The notes: generated by a model not told the origin, from the sequence alone. Positions 37,292-48,444 are shown, counted from the stretch's first letter. The stretch is DNA of 52,892 bases from Sulfuricurvum sp. (GCA_028713245.1 JAQTOQ010000001.1:1-52892), one strand, 5' to 3'. Numbers and translations: made by a program.

Positions 37292-38305
37292 TTAGTTCAC
37301 GTCTACTTTAGGAGTAGTCGCGTTTGAAGTCGGGAACATTGGATAAGTGATGGTTGGTTTACGTCCATCGAGTGCTTTTAGGAATGTTTCGATAGAAGCT
37401 GTTTCATCATTTGTTAGAGTTACTCCCAATTGGATGCGTCCCATCTCCTGGATAGCTTCACCCAGTGTTGCGATTTGTCCGTTGTGAAAATAGGGAGCGG
37501 TTTGGGTGATATTACGCAATGTCGGGACACGTACCATGCCGTTTTTATCCCCTTTGAAATCACCAACATTTATGTATTTATACGCACCTGTAACGCCAAA
37601 TGCCTGCATTGTTCCACCCAGTGCTATGTCATTGTGACAGGTCGCACATCCTTTATCGATAAAGGTTTTAAGACCCTTTTGCTCTGGCGTGGTTAGTGCT
37701 TTTTTGTTTCCGTTGAGGAAATCGTCATAGCGTGATGGGGTAACCAATGTACGCTCAAAAATAGCGATAGTATCGGCTACTTTTTCAAACGTTATTTTGA
37801 CATCTTTGCCGTATGCTTTTTGGAACATTGTTACGTATTGTGGTATCGAGCTAACGACAGCGGTGACATATTCTTTTGGTGCTGCCATTTCAGGACCTGC
37901 TTGGATAGGACCTTGTGCTTGATCTTCGAGATGAGGTGAGCGTCCATCCCAAAATTGTTGGCTGTAAAAGACTGCATTGTAAACGGTCGGTGAACTCAGC
38001 CCATGTGGGTTGGAAGTCCATTTATGTCCTACCGCCGAGCTCATTCCATCGCTTCCGCCAAGTCCTACGTTATGGCATGTGTTACAGCTAATAAGACCAC
38101 TCTTGGAGAGGCGAGGGTCCATATAGAGCATTTTCCCAAGTTCAACTTTGGAAGATGTTGTTGGATTGGCTGGATTTGATGTAAGTTTTGTTAATGCCAC
38201 TTTGGAAGCTGGGATAGGCTTTAAGCCCGCTTTTTGTGCGTCACTCTGGAGTGAGCCTGCCATGAGGGCACTTGCGACGAATGCAGATAAAATGAATATT
38301 TTCAT
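37292..38305 (-). CDS. ccpA: Di-haem cytochrome c peroxidase
   Basis: Signal peptide from ATG 38305; CNTCH and CATCH haem sites; QFWDGR; VPTLRNI; APYFHNG. Confidence 0.92.
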   Translation of the reverse strand: MKIFILSAFVASALMAGSLQSDAQKAGLKPIPASKVALTKLTSNPANPTTSSKVELGKMLYMDPRLSKSGLISCNTCHNVGLGGSDGMSSAVGHKWTSNPHGLSSPTVYNAVFYSQQFWDGRSPHLEDQAQGPIQAGPEMAAPKEYVTAVVSSIPQYVTMFQKAYGKDVKITFEKVADTIAIFERTLVTPSRYDDFLNGNKKALTTPEQKGLKTFIDKGCATCHNDIALGGTMQAFGVTGAYKYINVGDFKGDKNGMVRVPTLRNITQTAPYFHNGQIATLGEAIQEMGRIQLGVTLTNDETASIETFLKALDGRKPTITYPMFPTSNATTPKVDVN

Positions 38306-38389
38306 TTCTGTTCCTTTTAGTTTTAAAATAATGGTAAGATCATAGCACATATAAGGTTACAATACGGATGCATTAGCGTGATGTTTAGG

Positions 38390-40621
38390 TTAAAGTTCTT
38401 GCATCACCGTATGTCGATTAGTATGTTCCAACCGTCCGCATGAGGCTTCAAAGGCACCCGATTCTCCGATGATATAGCAGTGCCCCTTTGCTCGTGTGAT
38501 AGCAGTGTACAGCAATTTGGTATTGAGCATGATGAGGTGAGAAAAACTCATTACCATGACGACGGTATCATACTCCATCCCCTGTACTTTATGGACACTT
38601 AACGCGTAGGAGAGACTAAGTAAATTTGTGAGTTCCTCGTATTTGTACTGTACAACAATCTCTTCATTGGGATAGAAAACACAACAGAGTTCATCGTCTT
38701 CATCAAGCCTGAAAATAAGTCCGCACATTCCGTTGAATATTCTGCGCTCGGCAGGATCTCCACCCTCTTTGAACTGCTCTGTAGTATAGGAAGGCATATT
38801 TTCATTCTTGGTGTGGACGACTTTGTCGAGCAGTCGATATTCCCCTTTATGGGTTTTGACTTTTTTCTTTGGATTGGGATTGAAGTACTCTTGCAGTAAG
38901 ATATTAAGATTATCAACCCCCAAAGCATGCCCTCGCATCGGAGAAATCACTTGAAAAGCGGTGAGATATTCTCGTATTTTCTTAGCGGCGAGTTTTTCTC
39001 TTGACGCGGGAAGATGTTCGAGGGTTACTTTGGCGATAGAAGCCAAGATGTTGTGAGCATTGGTTTTGACGACTTCGTCGAACTCCTGCGCACTAAGAGA
39101 ACGTTTGAGGGCATGACGGTTGGGAACATCGACACCGATAAACGTAAAATCTTCATAAGCTTCTTGGTAGGGCGGGATAATACCCTGACGGACATCATTG
39201 GCAATGAGGGCAATGGCTTGTTCAGGACGCTGGCGGTAGATCTGGGTGAGCATGACGGTTGGGGCGAGCTTGAGTGCAATCGCATCGGTGAGAGGATTTC
39301 CTGCTCCGATAGGTGGGAGCTGTGCGTCATCACCGACGATGATAACGACCGCATCGGCAGAAATCTTGACCATCAGACGGGCAAAAAGAACTGAGTTGAT
39401 CATGGAAGCTTCATCGATAAGCATCACTTGGTAGGGTATAGTATCCTGAGACTCGAATTTGACCAGCAGGCTTTGGATGGTACCGCTTTGATACCCGCTG
39501 CGCTCACGAATACGCTGGGAGGCGATACCGCTGAGGGCACACGTCATGATAAGCAAGGGGTCCATGCGCAATGCGAGAAGATCTAGCAACGCTTTAGCGG
39601 TCGTACTTTTTCCTGTTCCTGCGTACCCGATGAGGAACAGCAGTCCTACTCCCGCATTGATTTGTTCGAGCGCAGTGCGCTGTTGATCACCCAGAGCGAG
39701 AGAGTGTTCGGATAAAAACCCCTCTAAATCCTTGCAGATCGTTTCCCCTTTGCTTTTTCCACGGCGGACAAACTGATCGAAGAGCACTTTTTCAGCTTGG
39801 TAGAGTCGTGAGGGCGATAGTCTCCCACTTGGGAGCAGTATGATTTTATCTTCACGAATTCGGTCTTCGAGGGCATGACCATAAATTTCTTCGTCATTAA
39901 GTTCTAAAAGTAAATCAAGTTTGTTGTAGAGGATGTCTTGGGTAATACAGCTGTTTCCCTCAGCATCGCAATATTCACTCAGAGTATATTCCATCGCGGC
40001 TTGGATGCGGCGTTCATCGTGATGGGAGATACCCATTTGATGGGCAATTTCATCTGCTTTTTTAAATCCGATACCATTGATAGACATGAGGCCATAGGGA
40101 TTTTTTTTAATAACGTCGATGGGCTCTTTGACCCCTTTCATCGCTGTAGTAATCAGACGCAGGAGAGTTGGGGTGACCCCGTAGGGGGCGAGAAACTCTC
40201 CCAACAGTCGCATGGAGCGAAACTGTTTCCATCCGCTTGAGAGTTTTTCGAGGCGCTTGGCATTCATCCCCTTAACTTCCATAAGGCGCTCTATGTCGTT
40301 TTCGAGGATTTCGATGAGTCCCTCTTGTCCGTACTTTTCGATCAGTTCGGCGGTGAGCTTTTTGGTAAATCCTTTGACAACACGGTTGAGAAAGAAAAAA
40401 AGTTCGTTTTGATTGACAAGAAGAGATTCGGCTTTGAAGGTTTTACCATAGTTTTTGTGCACTTCCCATTCGCCTTTGAGGGTGATGGCGGCATTGAGGA
40501 GATTTTCGACCTCGCTCTCATAATAGTGGGCACTGATTTTTTCACCGCTTTTGAGCGCGGCGATGAAAAAGCCGCTGTTCTCGTAGATGATTTTATCGAT
40601 TTGTCCGATGAGTGTTTGCAT
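38390..40621 (-). CDS. recD2: ATP-dependent RecD2-like DNA helicase
   Basis: OB-fold/HhH N-terminus (NPY..GIGFKKAD), GYAGTGKS, DEASM, VGDDAQL, YRQ, HKVQGMEY, LYTAITRAK; start placed at ATG 40621. Confidence 0.9.
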   Translation of the reverse strand: MQTLIGQIDKIIYENSGFFIAALKSGEKISAHYYESEVENLLNAAITLKGEWEVHKNYGKTFKAESLLVNQNELFFFLNRVVKGFTKKLTAELIEKYGQEGLIEILENDIERLMEVKGMNAKRLEKLSSGWKQFRSMRLLGEFLAPYGVTPTLLRLITTAMKGVKEPIDVIKKNPYGLMSINGIGFKKADEIAHQMGISHHDERRIQAAMEYTLSEYCDAEGNSCITQDILYNKLDLLLELNDEEIYGHALEDRIREDKIILLPSGRLSPSRLYQAEKVLFDQFVRRGKSKGETICKDLEGFLSEHSLALGDQQRTALEQINAGVGLLFLIGYAGTGKSTTAKALLDLLALRMDPLLIMTCALSGIASQRIRERSGYQSGTIQSLLVKFESQDTIPYQVMLIDEASMINSVLFARLMVKISADAVVIIVGDDAQLPPIGAGNPLTDAIALKLAPTVMLTQIYRQRPEQAIALIANDVRQGIIPPYQEAYEDFTFIGVDVPNRHALKRSLSAQEFDEVVKTNAHNILASIAKVTLEHLPASREKLAAKKIREYLTAFQVISPMRGHALGVDNLNILLQEYFNPNPKKKVKTHKGEYRLLDKVVHTKNENMPSYTTEQFKEGGDPAERRIFNGMCGLIFRLDEDDELCCVFYPNEEIVVQYKYEELTNLLSLSYALSVHKVQGMEYDTVVMVMSFSHLIMLNTKLLYTAITRAKGHCYIIGESGAFEASCGRLEHTNRHTVMQEL

Positions 40622-40678
40622 GGTGCGATTGTAGCACAATCACAAAAGAGGAAGCATTTAGATGGTCAAAATGCCAAA

Positions 40679-41560
40679 CTACGCTTTAACGCGTAAAATC
40701 CGATCGGCTTCTTGGGATTTATACAGTTCGGCACACCCTTTGGAAAGCTCACGGATTTTGAGGATATAGTTGGCGCGTTCGGTTACCGAGATCGCTTTGC
40801 GTGCATCAAGCGTATTAAACGTATGCGATGCCATCATGCACAAATCGTATGCTGGCAGTGGAAGGAGGGCTTTCAAACATTTTTTACACTCCGCTGATTT
40901 TGCTTCAAATTCAGCAAACAGCATCGCGGTATCGGCGATCTCAAAATTGTATTTGCTAAACTGTATTTCGCCCTCTTTGTGGATATCACGGTACAGTGTT
41001 TTGCCGTATTGGTTTTCACTCCAGACAATATCAAACACCGTGTCTACCCCCTGCAGATACATCGCCAAACGCTCGGTTCCGTAAGTGATTTCTACAGCAA
41101 CTGGATCACATGCGATTCCCCCAACTTGCTGAAAATAGGTAAACTGAGTTACTTCCATACCGTTAAGCCACACTTCCCAGCCCAGCCCCCAGGCACCCAG
41201 TGTCGGTGACTCCCAGTTATCCTCGACAAAACGGATGTCGTGCTCTTTGAGATTCAGTCCCAGATATTCGAGGCTTTTGAGATAGAGTTCCTGGATATTT
41301 TCAGGACTAGGTTTGATGAGGGCTTGAAACTGATAGTAGCTTCCCAAACGGTTGGGATTTTCACCATAGCGACCATCGGTGGGACGACGGCTAGGGGCAA
41401 CATAGGCAACCGACCACGGTTGAGAGTCCAGTGATCGTAAAAAAGTTGCAGGGTGAAACGTACCCGCACCCGCAGGGATGTCATAGGGCTGGACAATCGA
41501 GCAACCCTGCTGGGCCCAAAATTGCTGTAGTTTTAAAAGCATATCGCCAAATGTAATCAT
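40679..41560 (-). CDS. glyQ: Glycine--tRNA ligase alpha subunit
   Basis: [52 protein letters not shown]. Confidence 0.98.
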   Translation of the reverse strand: MITFGDMLLKLQQFWAQQGCSIVQPYDIPAGAGTFHPATFLRSLDSQPWSVAYVAPSRRPTDGRYGENPNRLGSYYQFQALIKPSPENIQELYLKSLEYLGLNLKEHDIRFVEDNWESPTLGAWGLGWEVWLNGMEVTQFTYFQQVGGIACDPVAVEITYGTERLAMYLQGVDTVFDIVWSENQYGKTLYRDIHKEGEIQFSKYNFEIADTAMLFAEFEAKSAECKKCLKALLPLPAYDLCMMASHTFNTLDARKAISVTERANYILKIRELSKGCAELYKSQEADRILRVKA

Positions 41561-41595
41561 AAAAAGTCTCCGTAAAATAGTGGTGGAAGTATAAC

Positions 41596-42453
41596 TTAGT
41601 CTATCTTACAGATAATAGAACCTATTTCATGTCCCAGAGAGCGAGAAACAACGGAACATTTTACTTTGAGTAAAAAGCATATATTGGAGCGTTTAATTGG
41701 GGTTATACACTCATAATTTCCCATACCTTTAGCGATGATAACATCTGCAGTATCGAACAGGTGCTGTGCTGTGAGTGTTGCGCGCTCATAGACAAAGCCT
41801 GGAGTATTGACACCGCTGTCGATGAGGGTACACAGCTGATCCATATTGGCTTCTTTTGCCTCTATCATGGTTACATCATTAATGATGAAGTTACCGCGCA
41901 CCATGTAAAAAAGTTTTAGCTCAGGATAAAGGAACTTGAGATGTTCGATCGCGAGAGCATCAAATAAATGCTCGCCCGCGTTGTCACCGATGTACAGCAG
42001 TGTTTTTGCACTTTTTAGGCGTTCACGCAGAAGTTGTGTGTCATCATAGGCAAATGGCGTATCAAAGACAGAAGTGATCGCATCGTGCAAATCAAAAGTG
42101 ACTTCAGCCGCGAGATCAATGACATTACCGACAACGGCAGTTTTGAGCAATGCCATAAACGGATCATTATTTTGTTCTATTGTTTTGCGCAGAAATGGCA
42201 CATAGTGATGCGCTTGTGTAGTGGCATGCGTTTTTTGATCGTCATACAGATCAATTTTTTGACTCAAACGCGCCATTTCTTCGTATAAAGGTGCGGCAAT
42301 GACAGGGGGAGAGAGGGTGAAATCAGCATTTTCTAGAGAACTTTCAACGTGAGAAAGGATAGTACGACTTAGTGCTTCACTCGCACCGATTGCTTCACAA
42401 ACCCTTTTACTTTGAGCGATGATGCACACTATACACTCGTCTTCGATGGTCAT
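41596..42453 (-). CDS. DUF89/ARMT1-like damage-control metal-dependent phosphatase
   Basis: ECIVC, GNVID, DNAGE, RG..IIND, KGMGNYE, LLKVKC; start 42453 overlaps the upstream stop (ATGA). Confidence 0.85.
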   Translation of the reverse strand: MTIEDECIVCIIAQSKRVCEAIGASEALSRTILSHVESSLENADFTLSPPVIAAPLYEEMARLSQKIDLYDDQKTHATTQAHHYVPFLRKTIEQNNDPFMALLKTAVVGNVIDLAAEVTFDLHDAITSVFDTPFAYDDTQLLRERLKSAKTLLYIGDNAGEHLFDALAIEHLKFLYPELKLFYMVRGNFIINDVTMIEAKEANMDQLCTLIDSGVNTPGFVYERATLTAQHLFDTADVIIAKGMGNYECITPIKRSNICFLLKVKCSVVSRSLGHEIGSIICKID

Positions 42454-42926
42454 TGTGCCGCATGTTCTTCGATAGTTTTGCCCCACATGAGTTTGTATTT
42501 ACGACGCATAAATTCGACTTCTTGCCCAGAAAGTTTGAGTTGTTCAGTCAAAACGGCGATAGTTTGACGATCTTCGTCGTACAATTCCTGGAGAGAGGCA
42601 AGCGCTTCTTTCAAAAATAGATTTTCATTTTTGATCGATTCGATCGTCTCTTCTTTGGCAGAGAGAACTTTTTCATGAAGGTTGATAATGGTACCGATCG
42701 TTTTTTCAACGAAACTCGCACCCATGGTAACATCGGCATGAGAGGCTCTCATTTGGGTGAGTGTTGCGGGAACAAGATCACCCATGCTTTGGGAAGGGTC
42801 TATGAGTACGACATCCTCTTCAACAATCGTCGTGAGTTTTCCACGAACAATCAATGCCTCAACAGCATCAACTTCCATGTTGGTCAATTCGGCATACTCG
42901 TAAATGCTCATCCAATGTTCGTGCAT
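42450..42926 (-). CDS. DUF3972-like coiled-coil protein conserved in Campylobacterota
   Basis: FVEKTIGTIINLHEKVL...ENLFLKEAL..LQELYDEDR...RKYKLMW; N-terminal HTH-like segment. Confidence 0.75.
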   Translation of the reverse strand: MHEHWMSIYEYAELTNMEVDAVEALIVRGKLTTIVEEDVVLIDPSQSMGDLVPATLTQMRASHADVTMGASFVEKTIGTIINLHEKVLSAKEETIESIKNENLFLKEALASLQELYDEDRQTIAVLTEQLKLSGQEVEFMRRKYKLMWGKTIEEHAAQ

Positions 42927-42977
42927 CTTCAATACCCTTGTGTTATTTACAAGAATGAAAGCAAAAGGCGTACCTAC

Positions 42978-43472
42978 TTATAAAATAGTTTCAATTTCCA
43001 TAGAATCCATTTCTACTTTTTTCGCTTTACTGATGCGGTCTTCTTGCAACTTCATACGAAGATCTTCATTTTCGAGTGCAAGGATTTGCATTGCCAAATA
43101 CGCAGAATTAATCGCTCCTGCTTTTCCGATAGCTACTGTTGCAACCGGCATTCCTGCAGGCATTTGTACCGTTGAAAGTAAGGCATCAATACCGTTAAGA
43201 GCCGAGGCACTCATAGGAACCCCGATGATTGGTTTGATAGTTTTAGAAGCTAAAACACCAGCCAAATGAGCGGCCATACCAGCAGCAGCGATAAAGATTT
43301 GAGCCCCTTTGGCTTCAGCGGTGATCACGTAATCTTTGGTACGCTCCGGAGAACGATGTGCTGATGAAATGATAAGTTCATATTGAACACCAAACTCTTC
43401 GAGGGTTTGTGAACACGATTGCATAACATCAAAGTCGCTTTTGCTTCCCATGATAATAGATACGAATTTCAT
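42978..43472 (-). CDS. purE: N5-carboxyaminoimidazole ribonucleotide mutase PurE
   Basis: IIMGSKSD, SAHRSP, AGMAAHL, STVQMPAGMPVATV; true start ATG 43472 (MKFVS). Confidence 0.96.
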   Translation of the reverse strand: MKFVSIIMGSKSDFDVMQSCSQTLEEFGVQYELIISSAHRSPERTKDYVITAEAKGAQIFIAAAGMAAHLAGVLASKTIKPIIGVPMSASALNGIDALLSTVQMPAGMPVATVAIGKAGAINSAYLAMQILALENEDLRMKLQEDRISKAKKVEMDSMEIETIL

Positions 43473-43497
43473 TGAATGATTCCTTTGTTTTGTGAAT

Positions 43498-44790
43498 TTA
43501 AGATTTAGTAATTGTCCCCATATCCTCTGCAGCAGGGATACGGAAAAAAGTATAAGCGGGTAATACACATGGGAGTTTAAAGCGGTTGAGATTACCGCTG
43601 TGGACTTGATCCCATACTTTGCCATTTTCAGCAATTAACTGTTTGAAACGGATACTCCATTGCCCATTGTCGTAAAAAACACTCCCGATGTCGTTATCGA
43701 TTTCACTCAGCACGGAGCCTTCTGGAACGACAAGTTCCATTGAGTCACCTGGGAAGGTTTTGTATTTGCACTCAAAAAATTCACCACTCTCATCGACAAT
43801 AGCGGCAACTTGGTGTGTTCCCATCATCATCGTAAAATCGAGGTTTTGTCCATCATGCTTTTCAAAAGGGCGGTTGATCAGGTACGCATCGGTAAAGCCG
43901 CGATTTTGTGTCGTATTGAGTTCACGCTGATAGGCGTCTCCATCAAATTTCCCCTCATAAAAATCATCGATAGCACGGCGATAGGTTTTAGCGGTGATGG
44001 CTGCGTAATAAGGTGATTTTGTTCGCCCCTCAACTTTGACCGAATCGATACATTCGCTTTCCAAGATCTCTTTCATATGAGAAGCCAGATTGAGGTCCTT
44101 GGAGTTCATGATATAGGTTCCAAGTCCTTCCTCTTCGACAAGCTTGAATAATGTTCCCGTTTCAGGGTTTGAAGCAAAGATTTCATAGGGAAATCGGCAG
44201 TCGTTTGCACAGCTTCCACGGTTAGGAACGCGCCCGCTTTGGAGTGTTGAGATCAAACATCGCCCGCTATACGCAAAACACATCGAACCGTGAACAAACA
44301 CCTCAATCTCTAAACCAGGGAGCTCTTTTTTGATGACCATCAAATCTTTAAGGGATATTTCCCGTGCCGCGATGATAAGACGCGCTCCCATATCGTAGTA
44401 CACTTGCGCATCCAAGACGTTCATGACATTGGCTTGCGTCGAGAGGTGCAGGGGAATTTGAGGAGCGATTTGGTGAGCGAGTTTTAATACGCCGGGAGTG
44501 GCTACGATAAACGCATCCGGCTCTAGTGAAGCCATTGTAGCAATATGCTCTTTTAGCAGTTTAAGTTGAGAGTTAAATGGAAAGCCGTTGATCGTGACGT
44601 AAACTTTTCGTCCACGTGCATGCGCGTAGTCAATCCCTTCTTTGAAGCTGACTAAATCAAACTCTTTACCCGATCGGATACGTAGAGAAAAATGGCTTAC
44701 TCCACCATAAACGGCATCTGCTCCGTAATCGATGGCAATTTTGAGTTTTTCTAAATTTCCCGCAGGGGAGAGGAGCTCCACTTTTTTCAA
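43498..44790 (-). CDS. Peptidase U32 family Fe-S protein (TrhP/YegQ-like tRNA hydroxylation)
   Basis: ELLSPAG, GADAVY, HLSTQAN, HGSMCFAYSGRC, NRGSCANDCR, KVEGR. Confidence 0.88.
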   Translation of the reverse strand: MKKVELLSPAGNLEKLKIAIDYGADAVYGGVSHFSLRIRSGKEFDLVSFKEGIDYAHARGRKVYVTINGFPFNSQLKLLKEHIATMASLEPDAFIVATPGVLKLAHQIAPQIPLHLSTQANVMNVLDAQVYYDMGARLIIAAREISLKDLMVIKKELPGLEIEVFVHGSMCFAYSGRCLISTLQSGRVPNRGSCANDCRFPYEIFASNPETGTLFKLVEEEGLGTYIMNSKDLNLASHMKEILESECIDSVKVEGRTKSPYYAAITAKTYRRAIDDFYEGKFDGDAYQRELNTTQNRGFTDAYLINRPFEKHDGQNLDFTMMMGTHQVAAIVDESGEFFECKYKTFPGDSMELVVPEGSVLSEIDNDIGSVFYDNGQWSIRFKQLIAENGKVWDQVHSGNLNRFKLPCVLPAYTFFRIPAAEDMGTITKS

Positions 44791-44842
44791 AACCTATTCT
44801 CGATTCTTTGTAATTTTAAGGGAATTTTACCTTAAAAAACCT

Positions 44843-45526
44843 CTACTTTTGTCCAAATGATGCGAGCAATGCTTCGATTTCGTCGCTGGAAACAACATTA
44901 TCAGTGTTTTGATCGCCAGGAAGATGAACAGCAGACGCAACACGCTTGGAATCGTCTACTTTACTTGAAAAGAGGTGGTTCATATAGGTTGAGAGCGCAC
45001 GCATAACATTGATAACCCGTTCAATTTTTTGACGGTGAATGTCTTGGTATTGCATGATATCCATGATGTTCATAACGGTATCAATATTGGTTTCCATCAT
45101 ATCTTTGAGAGAACTGCTTTTTGCCTTGGCATTTTGGTTTTGCGCTAATTGAGTTTTAAATGCTTCTACATGCGGAAATTTAGTGCACAATGTTTCGAAA
45201 AGAGCAATGTTGGCATCCAAAACGTTATTAACTTCGTCCACAGTATCTTCAGCATTCGTTAGATCGTTACTGATCCCCTCGATAAGGTCAAAAATTTCCG
45301 TTGCTTTCTCTTCACTTTCTTTAGTAACATCATCGAGCTGATGAACCATTTTATTATCATCCGTAGGCGGTGGCGGCGGCCAGCTGTGAACGGCAGAGAC
45401 ACGATAATCGTGTTCGTTAAATTCAGATTCGTCATCTTCTACTTGCTCTTTGGTTTCGGTAGACAAATCGTTCATATCCATATCAACATCTTCATTCATT
45501 AGCGCATCAAGTTCTTCTTGCGTCAT
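44843..45526 (-). CDS. cheZ: Chemotaxis phosphatase CheZ (epsilonproteobacterial type)
   Basis: QLDDVTKESE, MQYQDIHRQKIERV (DxxxQ), C-terminal DEIEALLASFG CheY-binding peptide. Confidence 0.8.
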   Translation of the reverse strand: MTQEELDALMNEDVDMDMNDLSTETKEQVEDDESEFNEHDYRVSAVHSWPPPPPTDDNKMVHQLDDVTKESEEKATEIFDLIEGISNDLTNAEDTVDEVNNVLDANIALFETLCTKFPHVEAFKTQLAQNQNAKAKSSSLKDMMETNIDTVMNIMDIMQYQDIHRQKIERVINVMRALSTYMNHLFSSKVDDSKRVASAVHLPGDQNTDNVVSSDEIEALLASFGQK

Positions 45527-45597
45527 AATATAATTACCCCGGTACTGAAATATTGCACTATAATATCATTAATATGATTATTTTTATAGGAAATTAG

Positions 45598-46377
45598 ATG
45601 AAAGTTGACCTACACAATCACACCGTACTGTGCAATCATGCAACGGGAAGCGTAAATGAGTATGTAGAAGCGGCGATTGCATGTGGGACAGAGTATTTTG
45701 GTTTTTCGGATCATGCACCTATGGACTGTGATCCACAATATCGTATGGATTTTTCGCAGATGGAGCTGTACGAGCAGTGGGTGGGCGAAGCCAGAGAGCG
45801 CTACAGCGATAAAATCACTCTCCTTTTAGGATACGAAGTGGACTTTCTGCCGGGGCACATGGATGATCGTGTTTTAAAAAGAGCATGTGACTATACGATA
45901 GGATCAGTTCATTTCATCGATGGCTGGGGCTTTGATAACCCGCAATACATTGCCCGATACGACAGTGTCGATATGGATGAAGTGTATACGCGCTATTTTG
46001 CTTTGATTGAGGCAATGGCAAAAATGGGAAAATTTGAGATTGTCGGTCACTTGGATCTGCTCAAAGTATTTAATTTTTTGCCAAAAACAGACATTCGATT
46101 ATTGGCAAAAAATGCCCTTAAAGCGATCAAAAAAGCCGATATGAGTATAGAAATAAACGTCTCAGGATGGCGTAAACCCGTAGGTGAAGCCTATCCTTCG
46201 CAGGGGTTACTGCAAGAAATTGCCGCTTTGGATATTCCCATTACCTTTGGTTCCGATGCACACCGCAGCGATCAAGTAGGGATGTTTAGTGATGAAGCCC
46301 AAGCGCTGGCGCGCAGTGTCGGATACAGTCAATGTGCGTTATACCGAAACAAAGAACGCACATTGATTAAATTTTAG
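45598..46377 (+). CDS. hisJ: PHP-family histidinol phosphatase
   Basis: DLHNHT..CNHA, SDHAP, GYEVD, IGSVH, GHLDL, FGSDAH. Confidence 0.85.
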   Translation: MKVDLHNHTVLCNHATGSVNEYVEAAIACGTEYFGFSDHAPMDCDPQYRMDFSQMELYEQWVGEARERYSDKITLLLGYEVDFLPGHMDDRVLKRACDYTIGSVHFIDGWGFDNPQYIARYDSVDMDEVYTRYFALIEAMAKMGKFEIVGHLDLLKVFNFLPKTDIRLLAKNALKAIKKADMSIEINVSGWRKPVGEAYPSQGLLQEIAALDIPITFGSDAHRSDQVGMFSDEAQALARSVGYSQCALYRNKERTLIKF

Positions 46378-46450
46378 GCATCAACTTCTACGTGTTTAAC
46401 TTTTAATTCGCTATACTTTTTGCACTATTATTACATTTCAGGAGAAACGC

Positions 46451-47881
46451 ATGGGTAAATTCGTAAACAGCGTCGACGAGTTTTTTAGTTTTTGTAAAGA
46501 GAACGATGTTCAGTTCGTAGATTTTCGCTTCACAGATATGAAAGGGACATGGCACCATGTTACCTACCGTTACAGTGCAGTCAATGCAGGTCAGTTTGAG
46601 GGTGGTTTACCATTTGACGGTTCTTCTATCGATGCATGGCAGCCGATCAATAAATCTGACATGCTGTTGAAACCAGATGCACAATCTGCATTTATGGATC
46701 CGTTTACAGCAGATCCAACCATCATCGTTTTTTGTGACGTTTTTGATATCTATAAAGGTCAAATGTATGAAAAATGTCCACGTTCAATTGCTAAAAAAGC
46801 ACTAGAGCACCTTGCGCATGCAGGCGTAGGAGATGTTGCGTATTTCGGTCCTGAAAATGAATTCTTCGTTTTTGATGATGTCAAAATTCGTGATGAAGTC
46901 AACTGTTCTTATTACGAAGTAGACACGGAAGAGGGTTCATGGAACGATGCAAAATCATTTCCTGATGGCTACAACACAGGTCACCGCCCACGTAATAAAG
47001 GTGGTTATTTCCCAGTAGCGCCGATCGATACTATGGTTGATTTACGTGCAGAGATGATGTTGGTACTAGAGCAAGTGGGACTTGAAGTTATTTTGGGTCA
47101 CCATGAAGTAGCGCAAGGTCAAGGCGAAATCGGTATCGTATTCGATACCCTTGTAAATGCAGCGGACAACGTACAAAAACTTAAATACGTTATCAAAATG
47201 GTAGCCCACCTCAATGGTAAAACAGTAACCTTCATGCCAAAACCACTTTACGGTGATAACGGTAACGGTATGCACGTTCACCAATCAATCTGGAAAGACG
47301 GCAAAAATACATTCTATAAAGAGGGCGGCTACAGCAACTTAAGCGAAACGGCTCTTCACTATGTTGGTGGTATTTTTGCACACGCACGCGCAATCGCAGC
47401 GTTCACTAATCCGTCAACCAACTCGTACAAGCGTCTTATTCCAGGTTTCGAAGCACCGTCAATCTTGACGTACTCGAGCCAAAACCGTTCAGCATCTTGC
47501 CGCGTACCATATGGTGCAGGTGAAAAAGCGACACGTATCGAAATGCGTTTCCCGGATTCAACTTCATGTCCATACCTTGCGTTTACGGCTATGTTGCTAG
47601 CAGGTCTTGACGGTATTAAAAACAAAATGGTTCCGATTGGACCAATGGACGAAGATCTCTTTGAGCTCAGTCTTGATGAGATTCGTGAAAAAGGTATTCC
47701 TCAAATGCCACACACGCTACGCGGTGCACTTGAATCCCTGATCCGTGATAATGAGTTCCTTAGGCCGGTAATGAGTGAATTGTTCATCGATACCTATCAG
47801 CACTACAAATTTGAAACACAAGTATGGCCGGACGAAGCGCGTCCAACAGCTTTTGAGTTCATTTCAACCTATTCTTGCTAA
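46451..47881 (+). CDS. glnA: Glutamine synthetase type I
   Basis: [56 protein letters not shown]. Confidence 0.98.
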   Translation: MGKFVNSVDEFFSFCKENDVQFVDFRFTDMKGTWHHVTYRYSAVNAGQFEGGLPFDGSSIDAWQPINKSDMLLKPDAQSAFMDPFTADPTIIVFCDVFDIYKGQMYEKCPRSIAKKALEHLAHAGVGDVAYFGPENEFFVFDDVKIRDEVNCSYYEVDTEEGSWNDAKSFPDGYNTGHRPRNKGGYFPVAPIDTMVDLRAEMMLVLEQVGLEVILGHHEVAQGQGEIGIVFDTLVNAADNVQKLKYVIKMVAHLNGKTVTFMPKPLYGDNGNGMHVHQSIWKDGKNTFYKEGGYSNLSETALHYVGGIFAHARAIAAFTNPSTNSYKRLIPGFEAPSILTYSSQNRSASCRVPYGAGEKATRIEMRFPDSTSCPYLAFTAMLLAGLDGIKNKMVPIGPMDEDLFELSLDEIREKGIPQMPHTLRGALESLIRDNEFLRPVMSELFIDTYQHYKFETQVWPDEARPTAFEFISTYSC

Positions 47882-47897
47882 TTTAACACTACTCTTT

Positions 47898-47917
47898 TCC
47901 CGCGAAAGCGGGATTTT
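47898..47917 (+). terminator. Intrinsic terminator of glnA
   Basis: TCCCGC-GAAA-GCGGGA-TTTT. Confidence 0.75.
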
Positions 47918-48003
47918 AAATCTTAGATATCAATAAAAATTGCCATTCTTTTAAGAAATATTAGGCATAATCAGAGCAACATTATTTATTCAAGGAAGTT
48001 TTT

Positions 48004-48435
48004 ATGAAACGTAGGGGTTACACACGTGTCAGTTTGGCAATCGCATTAGCAGCAGCTGCCGGATTAGGTTACATTGCTTATTTACAATACCAGCTTGCTG
48101 AAGTAGATTCAATTATTGCAAAAACCGTTGTTGGCGCACATAATGCTGCAAAAACGGCAGCAAAACAACAGGCGGATGGAAATGGCTCAGTTGAATTCAC
48201 AAAAAATGATGAGCTTGAGAAAAAAGGGTGGAAGCTTTCAGCTGATAAGCAAAGTTATGAGCTTGCCAAAGATGGAAAAGTGCATGCCGCTATGGTTTTG
48301 GATCACAAGACAGGTAAGGTAATGTATAAAATTGACTGTGGTAGTTTCCAAGATGAAAAAGCTCAGCAAGAGTGTTCAGATGTTCTTGATGGCACAGGTA
48401 AAAACTACGTTAATACAGACGAGGTTCCTTGGTAG
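48004..48435 (+). CDS. Degenerate pilin-like membrane-anchored protein
   Basis: MKRRG|YTRVSLAIALAAAAGLGYIAYLQYQ mimics a prepilin N-terminus but lacks Glu5; C-terminal Cys pair; AAGGA RBS. Confidence 0.55.
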   Translation: MKRRGYTRVSLAIALAAAAGLGYIAYLQYQLAEVDSIIAKTVVGAHNAAKTAAKQQADGNGSVEFTKNDELEKKGWKLSADKQSYELAKDGKVHAAMVLDHKTGKVMYKIDCGSFQDEKAQQECSDVLDGTGKNYVNTDEVPW

Positions 48436-48444
48436 TATAAAACC

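Noticed and set aside
38390-40621. RecD2 helicase as a sign of a mobile or defence element
   Set aside because: It lies among housekeeping genes directly downstream of glyQ with no mobility genes; it looks like an ordinary chromosomal recD2.
43473-43634. Long N-terminal extensions in the ORF track (purE 43634, ftsW 473, DUF1566 26828, ccp 38350, recD2 40639, DUF89 42486)
   Set aside because: They overlap neighbouring genes or promoters; downstream ATGs with an RBS, signal peptide or family N-terminus fit better.
46375-46392. Sigma54 promoter for glnA (TAGGCATCAACTTCTA)
   Set aside because: GG is not followed by GC at the required 10-nt spacing.
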